DNA of 64,000 bases from an uncultured Lachnospiraceae bacterium (GCA_944382125.1 CALWMV010000002.1:29548-93547); one strand, 5' to 3'; positions 46,519-56,391 are shown, numbered from the stretch's first letter. The notes: a model not told the origin generated them from the sequence alone. Numbers and translations: made by a program.

Positions 46519-47331
46519 TCACTGTGTGATCTCCTGAAGCTCCTTCATAAATCCTGTCCTGATCTTCACGAGTATCCTTTGCTGTCTCTCACTGTAGGAT
46601 AACTCTGCATCTCCCGGGACTGTCTCGTAAGCCCCCTTAAGTACAGGCTTAAGTATCCCTTTTCCATGGTTCCTGAGTTCATTTTTAAGGAGCTCCAGTA
46701 TCCTCGCTCCAAGTCTGTCTCCCAGGAAAAGTGAAAGGTCATTGGCATGGAGGGCTCTTATGCGGCAGTCCTCCCCCTCAGGACCTTCAGTGAAGACTGC
46801 AGAAAGGCCTGTCTCCATTATTCCTTCACCGGCTGTTCCCCTCAGATATCCTGATATGAAGCCCTCCGAATAATCATAAATATATGAATATATTATGTCC
46901 TTTATGTGTTCTGCCCGGGGAAGGCTGCCCTTATCTTCCAGATAAGCCTCCTCAAAGGCATTATATATCTGTATAAGGGTCTCCGCCTCGGCTGCCGCTG
47001 CGGCGATGTCCCTGCATGCGGCAGGTTCTGAAAGGCGCCTCAGTTCATAGCTCCATGCAGACATGAGATTCCCCATCTCCCTGCCGAATATCTCCCTGCA
47101 GTATCCATGGCAGAGGAAGGGATCCTCCGGCTCCGCTGATTCCTGACCTCCTCCTTCAGTCCGGATACGTCCTGAAAGCAGAGAGCCTTCAGTCTGAAAA
47201 TACTCCCTTGCCTTTTCATGGATATCATACTCAAGGTTTTCTATCCTCCACAGGGAAAGCTCCAGCCGCTCTCTCAGGGCAGACTCACTTCTGTCTATGC
47301 TGAAAGCATTTATTTCCGGTTCCTGCACCAT
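46519..47331 (-). CDS. Hypothetical protein (270 aa, soluble, no family recognised)
   Basis: A long ORF in the local coding strand and phase, with codon usage like its neighbours. It lies 8 nt downstream of the preceding gene. Confidence 0.5.
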   Translation of the reverse strand: MVQEPEINAFSIDRSESALRERLELSLWRIENLEYDIHEKAREYFQTEGSLLSGRIRTEGGGQESAEPEDPFLCHGYCREIFGREMGNLMSAWSYELRRLSEPAACRDIAAAAAEAETLIQIYNAFEEAYLEDKGSLPRAEHIKDIIYSYIYDYSEGFISGYLRGTAGEGIMETGLSAVFTEGPEGEDCRIRALHANDLSLFLGDRLGARILELLKNELRNHGKGILKPVLKGAYETVPGDAELSYSERQQRILVKIRTGFMKELQEITQ

Positions 47332-47339
47332 ATGCGCTC

Positions 47340-47663
47340 CTATAAAAGCCCCATGATCGTAAGGACGATCCAGAACAGAAGTATGAGCAGGCTCAGTCCC
47401 AGTCCTATATTGGCAAACAGCTGATCCTTTTCCTCCTCCTTATGGCTGAGCCAGGAAAAAAGGATCCCCATGCCGGAAAAAAGGAGGCAGCTGAGCCCCA
47501 GGGCTCCGGAAAGCATGGTGCTCTCTCCCTGCATCCTCACTGACATATAAATGGTCAGCACCGTAAGGATCAGTACCATGAGAGCCGTAAAGAAAGCATA
47601 CCATCCATTTCTGGCAAAAGGCTTTTTTATATATGAATATTTTTTTAATTCCTTATCCGGCAA
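47340..47663 (-). CDS. Hypothetical small membrane protein (3-4 TM)
   Basis: 107 aa and hydrophobic. There are 2 nt between the vanZ-like stop and this gene's start. Confidence 0.5.
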   Translation of the reverse strand: MPDKELKKYSYIKKPFARNGWYAFFTALMVLILTVLTIYMSVRMQGESTMLSGALGLSCLLFSGMGILFSWLSHKEEEKDQLFANIGLGLSLLILLFWIVLTIMGLL

Positions 47664-47665
47664 GC

Positions 47666-48214
47666 TTACTCCTTCCTCTCAGGATCATCCGGGTCTATCC
47701 TGCGTATCTTCACCTTCCCCGGGCCCTTCCCGGATCTCCTCCTGTAATGATGTATCATCTTATAAGCAGAAAATCCCAGGGCGGCTCCCAGCGTATTGAG
47801 GAGCATGTCATCTACATCAAAGCTCCCCACCCTGAATACCAGCTGGGTACATTCTATAAAGAAGCTGATGAGGAAGCCAACGATCACACAGCCATGGGCT
47901 CTCCTGCATCTTTTGGATATTGCGGGCAGCAGAAATCCGCAGGGAACAAAGGCCAGGATATTGCCGACCACGTTCAGCATAAAAGCTCCCATCCCCAGCT
48001 GCTTTCTGTATACCCAGAACCTGCGTATCTCAGTAAAGGGAATGAGATTGAATCTGGCGGCCCCGCTCCCCGCTTCCATGCCTCCCCTTCCAAGCGCTTC
48101 CGCAAAGAAGGTGAAGTAAAAGAGCCCTACTATATAGATTATGAAAATGACCCAGCACAGCTTCTGGATCCTGGTAGTATTCCTTATCATGATCCAAATA
48201 TATCCCAAAGTCAC
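47666..48214 (-). CDS. VanZ-family membrane protein
   Basis: 182 aa with NLIPFTEI..., NVVGNILAFVPCGFLLP and ECTQL..GSFDVDDMLLNTLGA, typical of VanZ-like proteins. Confidence 0.75.
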   Translation of the reverse strand: MTLGYIWIMIRNTTRIQKLCWVIFIIYIVGLFYFTFFAEALGRGGMEAGSGAARFNLIPFTEIRRFWVYRKQLGMGAFMLNVVGNILAFVPCGFLLPAISKRCRRAHGCVIVGFLISFFIECTQLVFRVGSFDVDDMLLNTLGAALGFSAYKMIHHYRRRSGKGPGKVKIRRIDPDDPERKE

Positions 48215-48258
48215 ATAAGGGCATAGAATATATAAATTTTACCATAAACAGGCCTTGT

Positions 48259-49026
48259 CTACAAGACAGCGTAGTCTATCTTCTCCTTTATGCTGAATCC
48301 CAGGCTCTCATAAAGCCTGACCGCAGGAAGGTTTTCTGAAAATACCTCAAGCACGGCCCTTTCTGCTCCCTGGGCCCTGAGTCCTGAAAGCAGAAGTTCA
48401 AGGAGTCTCCTGCCCATCCCCCGGCCTCTGAATCGGTCGTACACCAGGACCCCATAGATATAGACGCTGCCGTCACTGTTGAACCTGTAATTTGCCTCTC
48501 CATAATCGGTCTCCACACGGCCTCCGTCCTCCTGCTCCCGGAATGAGGACTTCCATTCTCCCTTATCCTCCCCGGAAGGACGAAAGCCTCGAAGCTCAAG
48601 CTCCATAAGGTATTCTCCGTGATCAAAGTGTCCCCCTATGGCCTCCAGGGTCCTTTCAGCACCTTCATTTTTATATACGGAAAAAAGCAGGGCCTCACGA
48701 AGCAGATGTCCTGCGCTTTCATAAAGCTCCGTAAATACACCCTTCCTCCTCTGGTCCGGCCTTGTGAAGGCTGCTATCTCATCAAGCTCCTTTCCATCGG
48801 ATGTGCTTCCCAGGTGCCATACCGACAGGATGCCTGTAAGCTCTCCCTCCGCATCTCCGTTTCGGCACAGAAAATACATATCCCCGTCCAGGGGAGCACT
48901 GTAATTTGTTTTATCCTGAAGGTTGCAGAGCCTTACCAGCTCACAAACCTCCTCTTTTTCCCTGTCATTCAAACAGTCCCGAAAAGCTATCGCTCTCCGG
49001 GACCCTCTGGTATATCCATCAATCAT
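48259..49026 (-). CDS. GNAT-family N-acetyltransferase
   Basis: The C-terminal half has acetyl-CoA motif A (YDRFRGRGMGRRLLELL). The N-terminal half is also weakly GNAT-like. Confidence 0.7.
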   Translation of the reverse strand: MIDGYTRGSRRAIAFRDCLNDREKEEVCELVRLCNLQDKTNYSAPLDGDMYFLCRNGDAEGELTGILSVWHLGSTSDGKELDEIAAFTRPDQRRKGVFTELYESAGHLLREALLFSVYKNEGAERTLEAIGGHFDHGEYLMELELRGFRPSGEDKGEWKSSFREQEDGGRVETDYGEANYRFNSDGSVYIYGVLVYDRFRGRGMGRRLLELLLSGLRAQGAERAVLEVFSENLPAVRLYESLGFSIKEKIDYAVL

Positions 49027-50386
49027 GTTTTTCTTCTTCGTTTTTATCAGCTGCTTCCTCTGTCTTCGGTTTTATCCTCATGCTCACCCTTGAAACGACC
49101 CTGTCCTCCACGGCAAGTATGCGGTAGCAGGCCTCATTGTCCTCCACGTCTATCGGACATTCGGAGGGATCAGGTATCCTGTCCAGAAGCTCTGTAAGAT
49201 AACCGCTGAGTGTATCACAGTCGCTCTTGATGTCCATGTGAAGCTCTTCATTTATATCACTCAGGAGCGCTGAGCCCAGAAGCTCATAATGATCCTTATC
49301 GACCTTACGTATGGGGATCTCCACTTCCTCGTCATCCTCGTAGATATCTCCCACGATCTCCTCGACCAGATCCTCCATGGTCACCATGCCGCTGACTCCG
49401 CCGTACTCATCCACGATTATGGCCACCTTCTGGCTGCGCTGCTGCATCTCCTTGAATATGGCATCGGTCTTCATGTTCTCCGAGGCAAAAAATACCGGTT
49501 TCAGCAGTCCTCTGACATCCACATCGTAGAAGCTGCTCATCTCCTTCGCCTTGATCACGAAGTCCTTCATGCTGAGTATGCCGATTATATTGTCGATGCT
49601 TCCCTCATAGACCGGTATACGGCTGTGCTTTGAGATCAGTATCTCATCTATATAATCATTGACCGGATCCCCGAGGTCCACGGCTACCATGTCCTGTCTC
49701 TGGACCATCACCTCACGGACTCTCTTGTCATCAAAGGAGAATATGGATGTTATCATCTCCTTTTCTATGTCATTGAAGACACCGGTCTCGGTACCTGTCT
49801 CCAGAAGGGACTTTATCTCCTCCTCGGATACCTCCTGCTCCAGGTCATCATGGTAGAGACCAAGCAGCTTCAGGAGTCCGTTGGTGCTTGCTGAAAGCAG
49901 GAACAGCACCGGAGAAAGTATCCTTGACAGAAAATAAATGGGCTTTATGCACATCAGGCTGTACTTCTCCGCATAGAGCAGGGCTATCCTCTTGGGCACC
50001 AGCTCTCCTATAACCAGGTTGAAATATGCCAGCAGCATGGTCACGATAACGTTTGAAAGAGCAAGGCTGAGGCTGTAGCTCACGCCCCTGAGTCCGAGCC
50101 AGGCCGCGAGGACCTGAGATATACTGTTTGCGGCAAAAGCAGAGCTCGCGAAGCCTGCCAGGGTTATGGCTACCTGTATGGTGGAAAGGAACTTTGTGGA
50201 ATCCTCTGCCACCTTCTCAACCAAGGCAGCCTTTTTATTGCCCTCCTCCGCGAGTCTGTGTATCTTGTTTTTGTTCACTGATACTACTGCCATCTCCGAT
50301 CCGGAGAAAAATGCATTGATCAGTGTAAGGATCACCAGGACAGCTAATTGATACGCTATACTGCCCGCACCGGGGTCTACGTCCAT
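49019..50386 (-). CDS. CNNM/TlyC-family hemolysin-like protein (DUF21-CBS-CorC_HlyC)
   Basis: 455 aa with an N-terminal 4-TM DUF21 domain, a CBS pair and a C-terminal CorC_HlyC-like domain. Confidence 0.8.
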   Translation of the reverse strand: MDVDPGAGSIAYQLAVLVILTLINAFFSGSEMAVVSVNKNKIHRLAEEGNKKAALVEKVAEDSTKFLSTIQVAITLAGFASSAFAANSISQVLAAWLGLRGVSYSLSLALSNVIVTMLLAYFNLVIGELVPKRIALLYAEKYSLMCIKPIYFLSRILSPVLFLLSASTNGLLKLLGLYHDDLEQEVSEEEIKSLLETGTETGVFNDIEKEMITSIFSFDDKRVREVMVQRQDMVAVDLGDPVNDYIDEILISKHSRIPVYEGSIDNIIGILSMKDFVIKAKEMSSFYDVDVRGLLKPVFFASENMKTDAIFKEMQQRSQKVAIIVDEYGGVSGMVTMEDLVEEIVGDIYEDDEEVEIPIRKVDKDHYELLGSALLSDINEELHMDIKSDCDTLSGYLTELLDRIPDPSECPIDVEDNEACYRILAVEDRVVSRVSMRIKPKTEEAADKNEEEKHD

Positions 50387-50473
50387 ATGTCTAAAAAAAC
50401 CTCCTTAAAACTAAAAAAACTTAAAAATTAAATGATACACAGCGGCCATTCTACCATAAAAAGGGCCTTATGT

Positions 50474-51847
50474 CTATTCCCTGCCCAGGATGCGCCTCAC
50501 AGCCGTAAGAAGGTCAGGAGCGATCATATCGGGCTCGACCTCATATATACCGTCACTGCCTCCCTTTCCCGTCTCAAGAAGTACGGTACGAAGGCCGGCA
50601 TTTTTGCCGCAGAGCACATCCATGGTCATGTCCCCTATCATATAGGAGGACTCAAGATCTATGTTATATCTCTTTGCAGCCTGATCTATCATGCCTGTCC
50701 CCGGCTTCCGGCATACGCATCTGAACTTGAGTTCCCTTACCTCAGATTCAAATCCGCTGTCGGGATGATGAGGGCAGAAAAAGATATCATCAAGGTATGC
50801 CCCCTCCTTTCCGAGCTCGGTCTCAAGCTTTGCATGTATCAGATCCAGCTCCTCAAAGCTTATGTCTCCCCTGGCGATCACTGGCTGGTTCGTCACCACT
50901 ATGGCAAGGTATTCTGAATCATTTATCAGTCTGATCGCCTCCGGAACTCCCCCCATCAGCCTGAGCTCCTCTGGTCTCCTGAGAAGTCCCAGATATTCAT
51001 TGATGGTCCCGTCCCGGTCAAGGAATATGCATTTCTGTCTGTTTTTCAGGTTTCTCGCCTCTATGAGTCCGCTTTCAAGGTCCCTGGTCACTGCCTCATA
51101 TCTCTCCGGAGTACCCATATCCTTTATATACTCCGTGGAGTGAAAGGCATAGACCTTATCCTCAGCTATAAGGGGCCTGATTATGTCCTTATCCAGATCC
51201 GTCTTTTTAAGTCCCTCAGGCTTAGGGATAAGATCCAGCACCCTGGCGCTCAGGGCATAGACTCCAGAATTGACCATGTTATGGTAGGGAGCGCTGCGTT
51301 CAGCATTCTTGGAGAGCACTCCTGTCACAAGGCCTGAGGGCTCCCTGAACTCAGGCTCCCTTCCAAGGCCGCATTTGTCCTCGGTAAAATCACTGACGGA
51401 AAGGCTTCTGTCGGTAAGTATCACATCACTGTCATAGGGATGGGCATTGGGATGCACAAGAAGTGTCACAAGTCCCCCGTGAAGCCTGTGGAAATCCATG
51501 AATCGCTCAAAGTCCACCGACATCATCAGGTCTCCCATCAGAAGCAGGAAATCCTCCTTTATCCTTCCGCGAAGGAAATACAGGGCGCCTGCGGTCCCCA
51601 TGGGATGCTCCTCATTGACATAGCTTATATCCACTCCGAAGCCGCTGCCGTCTCCGAAGTATCCGCTTATGGCCTCAGCCTTATAGCCCGTCATGATGGT
51701 TATGTCCGTGATGCCGTTTTCCCTGAGTCCCTCTATCTGGTACTGAAGTATCGGCTTTCCAAGCACCGGTACCATGGGCTTCGGAAGATCCTCGGATATG
51801 CTCCTGAGCCTCGTGCCCTGGCCTCCCGCCATTATGACTGCCTTCAT
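50474..51847 (-). CDS. Fusion protein: sugar-1-phosphate nucleotidyltransferase + GmhB-like HAD-IIIA phosphatase
   Basis: The N-terminus has MKAVIMAGGQGTRLRSISEDLPKPMVPV (NTP_transferase). The C-terminus has FLDRDGTIN, CPHHP...CVCRKPGTGM and GDMTMDV (histidinol-phosphatase/GmhB type). Confidence 0.8.
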   Translation of the reverse strand: MKAVIMAGGQGTRLRSISEDLPKPMVPVLGKPILQYQIEGLRENGITDITIMTGYKAEAISGYFGDGSGFGVDISYVNEEHPMGTAGALYFLRGRIKEDFLLLMGDLMMSVDFERFMDFHRLHGGLVTLLVHPNAHPYDSDVILTDRSLSVSDFTEDKCGLGREPEFREPSGLVTGVLSKNAERSAPYHNMVNSGVYALSARVLDLIPKPEGLKKTDLDKDIIRPLIAEDKVYAFHSTEYIKDMGTPERYEAVTRDLESGLIEARNLKNRQKCIFLDRDGTINEYLGLLRRPEELRLMGGVPEAIRLINDSEYLAIVVTNQPVIARGDISFEELDLIHAKLETELGKEGAYLDDIFFCPHHPDSGFESEVRELKFRCVCRKPGTGMIDQAAKRYNIDLESSYMIGDMTMDVLCGKNAGLRTVLLETGKGGSDGIYEVEPDMIAPDLLTAVRRILGRE

Positions 51848-52197
51848 GCTCTGTCCTCCTTATCCTTCAACACTTCGGAAAGGGCCTCGCTCTGGGCCAG
51901 TTCCTCAAGCTTCTTTTCCAGCTCCGACATATGGAGGCTCATGGTAAATATCTTCATCAGAAGTATGAATATCATGAACAGGAACAGGAAATTGGCCGTG
52001 GAATATATGCCCAGCATGGAAGCCAGGGTATCCGGCACCGCCGGAAATACCGCAAATATAATAAACATCACGCAGAGCAGTACCCAGAACACCGCATCCT
52101 CCAGTCTCATCCTGGAACGTCTGATCTTCTGGATCACCGCAGCGAAGGTGGCGACGCATACCACCACCAGCACTATCCGAAACAAAGTAGTCATCAT
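51844..52197 (-). CDS. DUF2304-like small membrane protein
   Basis: 117 aa with 3 TM segments and a coiled-coil tail. It has 4 nt overlaps with both neighbours and the usual pairing with a GT2. Confidence 0.55.
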   Translation of the reverse strand: MMTTLFRIVLVVVCVATFAAVIQKIRRSRMRLEDAVFWVLLCVMFIIFAVFPAVPDTLASMLGIYSTANFLFLFMIFILLMKIFTMSLHMSELEKKLEELAQSEALSEVLKDKEDRA

Positions 52198-53192
52198 GTC
52201 TTTTTATTTCCCCCGTACATCCTGTCTATATAGGTCCTGTTTGAGCTGCATAAGCGTATAGCCGCAGGCGGGAGGGACTTATAGGCCTTTCCCAGCCTGT
52301 ATCCCGCATACTTGAAAGCCGAATCCACGAAAAGTCCCGGTACTTTGAGGATCTTCCCCTTTGATATCAGGTGCCTGGCGCAGGAGATGACGAGCCTCAG
52401 GCCCTCTCCCTCCGACCTCAGTCCGGAAAACACCTCCGGATTCATGGCCTGACTCATGCCCAGATCAAAATTCCTGTGGAAAAGAGCCATCGGGCCGTAA
52501 TCATGGCTGTGTATGACCCTGGCCTCCGGTTCATAGCATATGGCATATCCGTTCCTTATGACCTTTTCCGCATAGATCATATCTTCATTGAATATGGCCG
52601 TACTGCAGAAGCCTCCCAGCTCTTCAAATATATCCCTCCTGTAGGCACAGCATACATTGGAAGCAAAATAGGTCTTGATCCCAAGCCTCTCTCTGTCCGC
52701 TGCTGTCTTTACAAGGCCCTCCTCCGGGTAATTGAAGCTCCTTGTAAATATCTCGCTTTCGCTGCAGCCCTGCCTTGGAAGCTGCCTCGCATAGGCCATG
52801 GCCACCGTCTCCCCGGACCGCCCCTCCTTTTCATAAAGGGCTTCAAGGAGCTTTTCAGTCAGATACTCATCCGCAGGGACCGCATCATCGGTCATGAAAA
52901 GGAAGGCATCAGAGGCCGAAGACTTCGCTCCCAGACTCCTTGTGGCTGCATGGTCAAACTCCTCCCTCTTTATATGTCTAATCATTATCCGTCCCCTGAG
53001 CGAGGATCCGTCTGCTTCGCTGAAGCGGGAAAGCTCCTTTTTTATCTCCTCCGGCATCAGGCTCTCTTCCGTATTGATGATGATGAGCCTTTGCGGAAGC
53101 AGCCTCTGCCTTGAAAGTCCCTCGATAAGGAGCAGAAAATCCTCATCGGGATGATATGTCGGTATTATGACATCCAAAGTTTTCTTTATCAC
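52194..53192 (-). CDS. Glycosyltransferase family 2 (rhamnosyltransferase-like)
   Basis: Contains VIIPTYHPDED and a DxD motif (MTDDAVP). It has a GTG start with AGGAGG 5 nt upstream. Confidence 0.8.
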   Translation of the reverse strand: MIKKTLDVIIPTYHPDEDFLLLIEGLSRQRLLPQRLIIINTEESLMPEEIKKELSRFSEADGSSLRGRIMIRHIKREEFDHAATRSLGAKSSASDAFLFMTDDAVPADEYLTEKLLEALYEKEGRSGETVAMAYARQLPRQGCSESEIFTRSFNYPEEGLVKTAADRERLGIKTYFASNVCCAYRRDIFEELGGFCSTAIFNEDMIYAEKVIRNGYAICYEPEARVIHSHDYGPMALFHRNFDLGMSQAMNPEVFSGLRSEGEGLRLVISCARHLISKGKILKVPGLFVDSAFKYAGYRLGKAYKSLPPAAIRLCSSNRTYIDRMYGGNKKT

Positions 53193-53312
53193 TTTATCCT
53201 CCTGCCCCGAAGAGACCCCGGCTCCTGTTCCTCACAGTCCGCCGTTTCTCAGGGCTTTGGTGCTTAACAGTTATCCCTGCCTCCTAACCTTCCTTCATCC
53301 ATGGGCTCAGTT

Positions 53313-54602
53313 TTAAACTTTCTCCTGAAAGCCGCTTTTTATGCTCCGGTATACTGCGGCCGTAAAGGCAGCAAGTATGATAAGCATCAGCAGCACATAA
53401 GCTGCGGCAGCCCCGGGGATCCCCGTCCTTTCTACAGCTGCCCTGCTTAACAGGAAGGCTGCTGCGGAGCCTGCAAGGTAGATCACAAATATGAGCCTCT
53501 GCCTGCGCATGATCACCAGCAGATAATAGAAAAGATTATTGAGGGCATATATACCGCCTCCGAAGATTATAAGTATAAATGAAGTAAAATTGCCTGTGAG
53601 CATGCCCCCATAGGTATCCCCAAGTATGTATTCCAGAAGTCCGAGCACCGGTCTTCCGAGAATCAGGGCACCGATAAGGGCGGCTGACATAATAAGGGCC
53701 GTCACCAGGGCCATGCGTCCGGAAAGCCTGAGAAAGGACCTCCGGTCCCTCCTTCCGAAGCAGACAGCCAGCTCCGTCATAAAGGGCTTTATTATAAAAT
53801 TGGCTGCAAGGTATATGAAGCTTGTGGGCATGAAAAGTATATTGAATATACCCGACGCACTGTCTCCCAATGTCCAGTCTATGGCATATTTTGCAGATGA
53901 AAATATATAAAAATCCAGAAATACAGACAGGAAAAGAGGCATGTCCGATATCAGAAGCTCTTTTACCTTCTTCATGCTGTAATGAAGGTCAAAGCTGTCC
54001 TCCGGAACTTCTCTGAAGAAGGCTCTGATATTGAAGAGCCAGAGCCCCGAAAGCTGACATATAAGGGCTCCCAGCGCAGAAAGCACCAGATCTCCTGATA
54101 TGAGCAGCATGGCAAGAAAGCCTGCCATGGAAATGAGGGTCCGAAGGAAAAGTCCCCGTCCCCCTATATAAAGCTTCCCATCCCTCTGGGCTTCGGATTC
54201 ATAAACATCCGCATATCCGTCCGAGGTCTTATATATGCAAAGGAGGAATATGGCCGCAGCCTTGAGTCCGCCGTATGCGCCCTCTGCCGTCAGGAGCAGA
54301 AGATATGCTCCGGCAAACACGAGAGCCAGAAAGCAGGTGATCTTCCTCAGCATAAGATAATCCCCGAAGCTGTACTGCCCCGAGGTATCGGTTATATGAA
54401 AGGGTCTTAACCCGAAATAGGCTATGATAAAGATCTGCTGCCCCAGGGTCGAAAAACCGAAGCCAAAGATGCCCCCGTCCTCCGGACCCAGCAGCCTCAT
54501 GGCTGCAAATGCCATGAACATGGAGGAAAAGGCATAGATCAGGCTTCCTGCCATATTCCAGAGAAAATCCCTTTTACTGTTTTTTATATGATCTTCAGTC
54601 AT
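53313..54602 (-). CDS. MOP/Wzx-like polysaccharide-biosynthesis membrane protein
   Basis: 429 aa with about 12 TM segments. The family assignment rests on topology and context only. Confidence 0.5.
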   Translation of the reverse strand: MTEDHIKNSKRDFLWNMAGSLIYAFSSMFMAFAAMRLLGPEDGGIFGFGFSTLGQQIFIIAYFGLRPFHITDTSGQYSFGDYLMLRKITCFLALVFAGAYLLLLTAEGAYGGLKAAAIFLLCIYKTSDGYADVYESEAQRDGKLYIGGRGLFLRTLISMAGFLAMLLISGDLVLSALGALICQLSGLWLFNIRAFFREVPEDSFDLHYSMKKVKELLISDMPLFLSVFLDFYIFSSAKYAIDWTLGDSASGIFNILFMPTSFIYLAANFIIKPFMTELAVCFGRRDRRSFLRLSGRMALVTALIMSAALIGALILGRPVLGLLEYILGDTYGGMLTGNFTSFILIIFGGGIYALNNLFYYLLVIMRRQRLIFVIYLAGSAAAFLLSRAAVERTGIPGAAAAYVLLMLIILAAFTAAVYRSIKSGFQEKV

Positions 54603-55347
54603 TGGTCCTGAATACCTGTATCAGAAGGATGGATGTAAGCATCCTGAGCATATATCTCACCGCATTGAGAGGATTGATGTAGAGGGATTCTCCCCCATCC
54701 CTTTCAGATATCTTTACGGGCACTTCCGCCACCCTGGCTCCATTTTTAACCAGCAGGGATATGGTATCCGGCTCAGGAGCAAAATTCAGCTTCCAGGCAA
54801 AGAGGTCTATCATCCTCCTGTTATAAAGCCTGAGTCCGCAGGTCGGATCCGTCATCCTGGTCCCCGTGGTAAGTCTGATGGCAGTCCTTATAAGCTTGCT
54901 TCCCGCATTGCGAAGGCCACCCATCTCATTTTTTATCCCTATGAAGCGGGAACCGAGGACTATATCATAATCCCCCTCCTTCGCCTTTTCATACATGGAA
55001 GCGATATACTCAGGTCTGTGCTGTCCGTCTCCGTCAAACTGTACCGCATACCTGTAATCCATCATTGAGGCATACTTCATGCCTGTGCGGAAGCAGCCGT
55101 TAAGGCCAAGATTGACCGGCAGATGGACTACATTGTAGCCCCTTTTGTCGCATATCCTGTCCGTACCGTCGGTGGAGCCGTCAGTAATTATCACATAATC
55201 AAAAAAGCTGTAATCCTTTATCAGCTCATCCACTACTCTTTCTATGCTTTCGGCCTCGTTATATGCCGGGATTATGAGCAGTACCTCGCTGTTTTTCGTA
55301 TGTGAGGCTGCTCCTCCCATCATCTCTTCCATCGTCCTACCTTCCAT
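54595..55347 (-). CDS. Glycosyltransferase family 2, GtrB/DPM1-like (polyprenyl-phosphate glycosyltransferase candidate)
   Basis: Contains LIIPAYNEAESIERVV and ITDGSTDGT. The short length of about 250 aa fits this type. Confidence 0.75.
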   Translation of the reverse strand: MEGRTMEEMMGGAASHTKNSEVLLIIPAYNEAESIERVVDELIKDYSFFDYVIITDGSTDGTDRICDKRGYNVVHLPVNLGLNGCFRTGMKYASMMDYRYAVQFDGDGQHRPEYIASMYEKAKEGDYDIVLGSRFIGIKNEMGGLRNAGSKLIRTAIRLTTGTRMTDPTCGLRLYNRRMIDLFAWKLNFAPEPDTISLLVKNGARVAEVPVKISERDGGESLYINPLNAVRYMLRMLTSILLIQVFRTND

Positions 55348-55358
55348 GAATATCTTTT

Positions 55359-56387
55359 TTATCTGTCATAGATCCTTATGTCTATGTCCTTATAAGCATG
55401 CACGCTGCGCTTTATCGTAAGGAGCTCCTTTGGAGCCTCCCTGCCCTCTGCCCAGCATATATAGGCTCCGGGCAGGTCGATCCCCGCCGCATGGGAGAAG
55501 GGATAGCCTCCTCCGAATCTGACGTTCATATCCAGCACATAAGGCCTTTTATCCCTGTCATCCAGTATGATATCCACATCCATATTGCCTATATGCCCAA
55601 AGCCCTCGGATATCCTTCTTCCAAGCTCGGAAAGTATCCTCTCTTCCTCGGTATCACCGCAGAGCACCAGGGCCTCATCCGTCTCCCCGGAGCGCATGGC
55701 AAGCTTTTTCCTGACCACCGTAGTCTTATAGCGGCCATTGAAATCATTTATGATATCCAGCCCGTATTCGCTGCCCCTTATCTCCTCCTGAAGAAGGACC
55801 GCAGAATCGGCTTCGCCTTCAGTTCCCAGCTTTTCCTCCGTCTCAAAGGAAAGATAACTGTTCCTTATCCTCTCAAGACACATATCATAAAGCACCTCTG
55901 CTTCCCTTTCTGAGGCTGCCCGGTAAAGGCCTATCGAGCCCATGCCGAACCTGGGCTTTATATACACCGGATACTCTCCTTCATATTCCCTGATATTCAG
56001 GGCATAGGCCGGCGAATCGATGGAAAGGGAGCTGAGCTTCTCAGCCATCAGCTTCTTGTCATTGCAGAGCCTTATGGTCTCCATGGAAGAGACCGCAGGA
56101 ACTATGCCCTCTGAAATGAAAAGCTCCCTTTTGGTGGAAAGCTTCCATACATCCACATCAAAAAGAGGGACTATCAGCTTTATATCATGCTTCCTGCAAA
56201 GCTCAAGAAGGAAGGGTATATAATCTTCCGAATATATAAGGGGCGATATGACGGCATGGTCTGCCTCGCAGAGAGCCGGTGACAGCTCTGAATTAGAGGC
56301 ATAGAGCAGCGATCCGCTGTCCATAGCCTCCTTGAAATACCTGACCAGATATGTCCTGCGCCCAGCGCTTGTAAGCAAAATATTCAT
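55359..56387 (-). CDS. ATP-grasp domain ligase
   Basis: MNILLTSAGRRTYLVRYFKEA is a pre-ATP-grasp N-terminus. It also has YPVYIKPRFGMGSIG, LLQEEIRGSEYGLDI and MNVRFGGG. I prefer the ATG at 56387. Confidence 0.75.
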   Translation of the reverse strand: MNILLTSAGRRTYLVRYFKEAMDSGSLLYASNSELSPALCEADHAVISPLIYSEDYIPFLLELCRKHDIKLIVPLFDVDVWKLSTKRELFISEGIVPAVSSMETIRLCNDKKLMAEKLSSLSIDSPAYALNIREYEGEYPVYIKPRFGMGSIGLYRAASEREAEVLYDMCLERIRNSYLSFETEEKLGTEGEADSAVLLQEEIRGSEYGLDIINDFNGRYKTTVVRKKLAMRSGETDEALVLCGDTEEERILSELGRRISEGFGHIGNMDVDIILDDRDKRPYVLDMNVRFGGGYPFSHAAGIDLPGAYICWAEGREAPKELLTIKRSVHAYKDIDIRIYDR

Positions 56388-56391
56388 GCCG

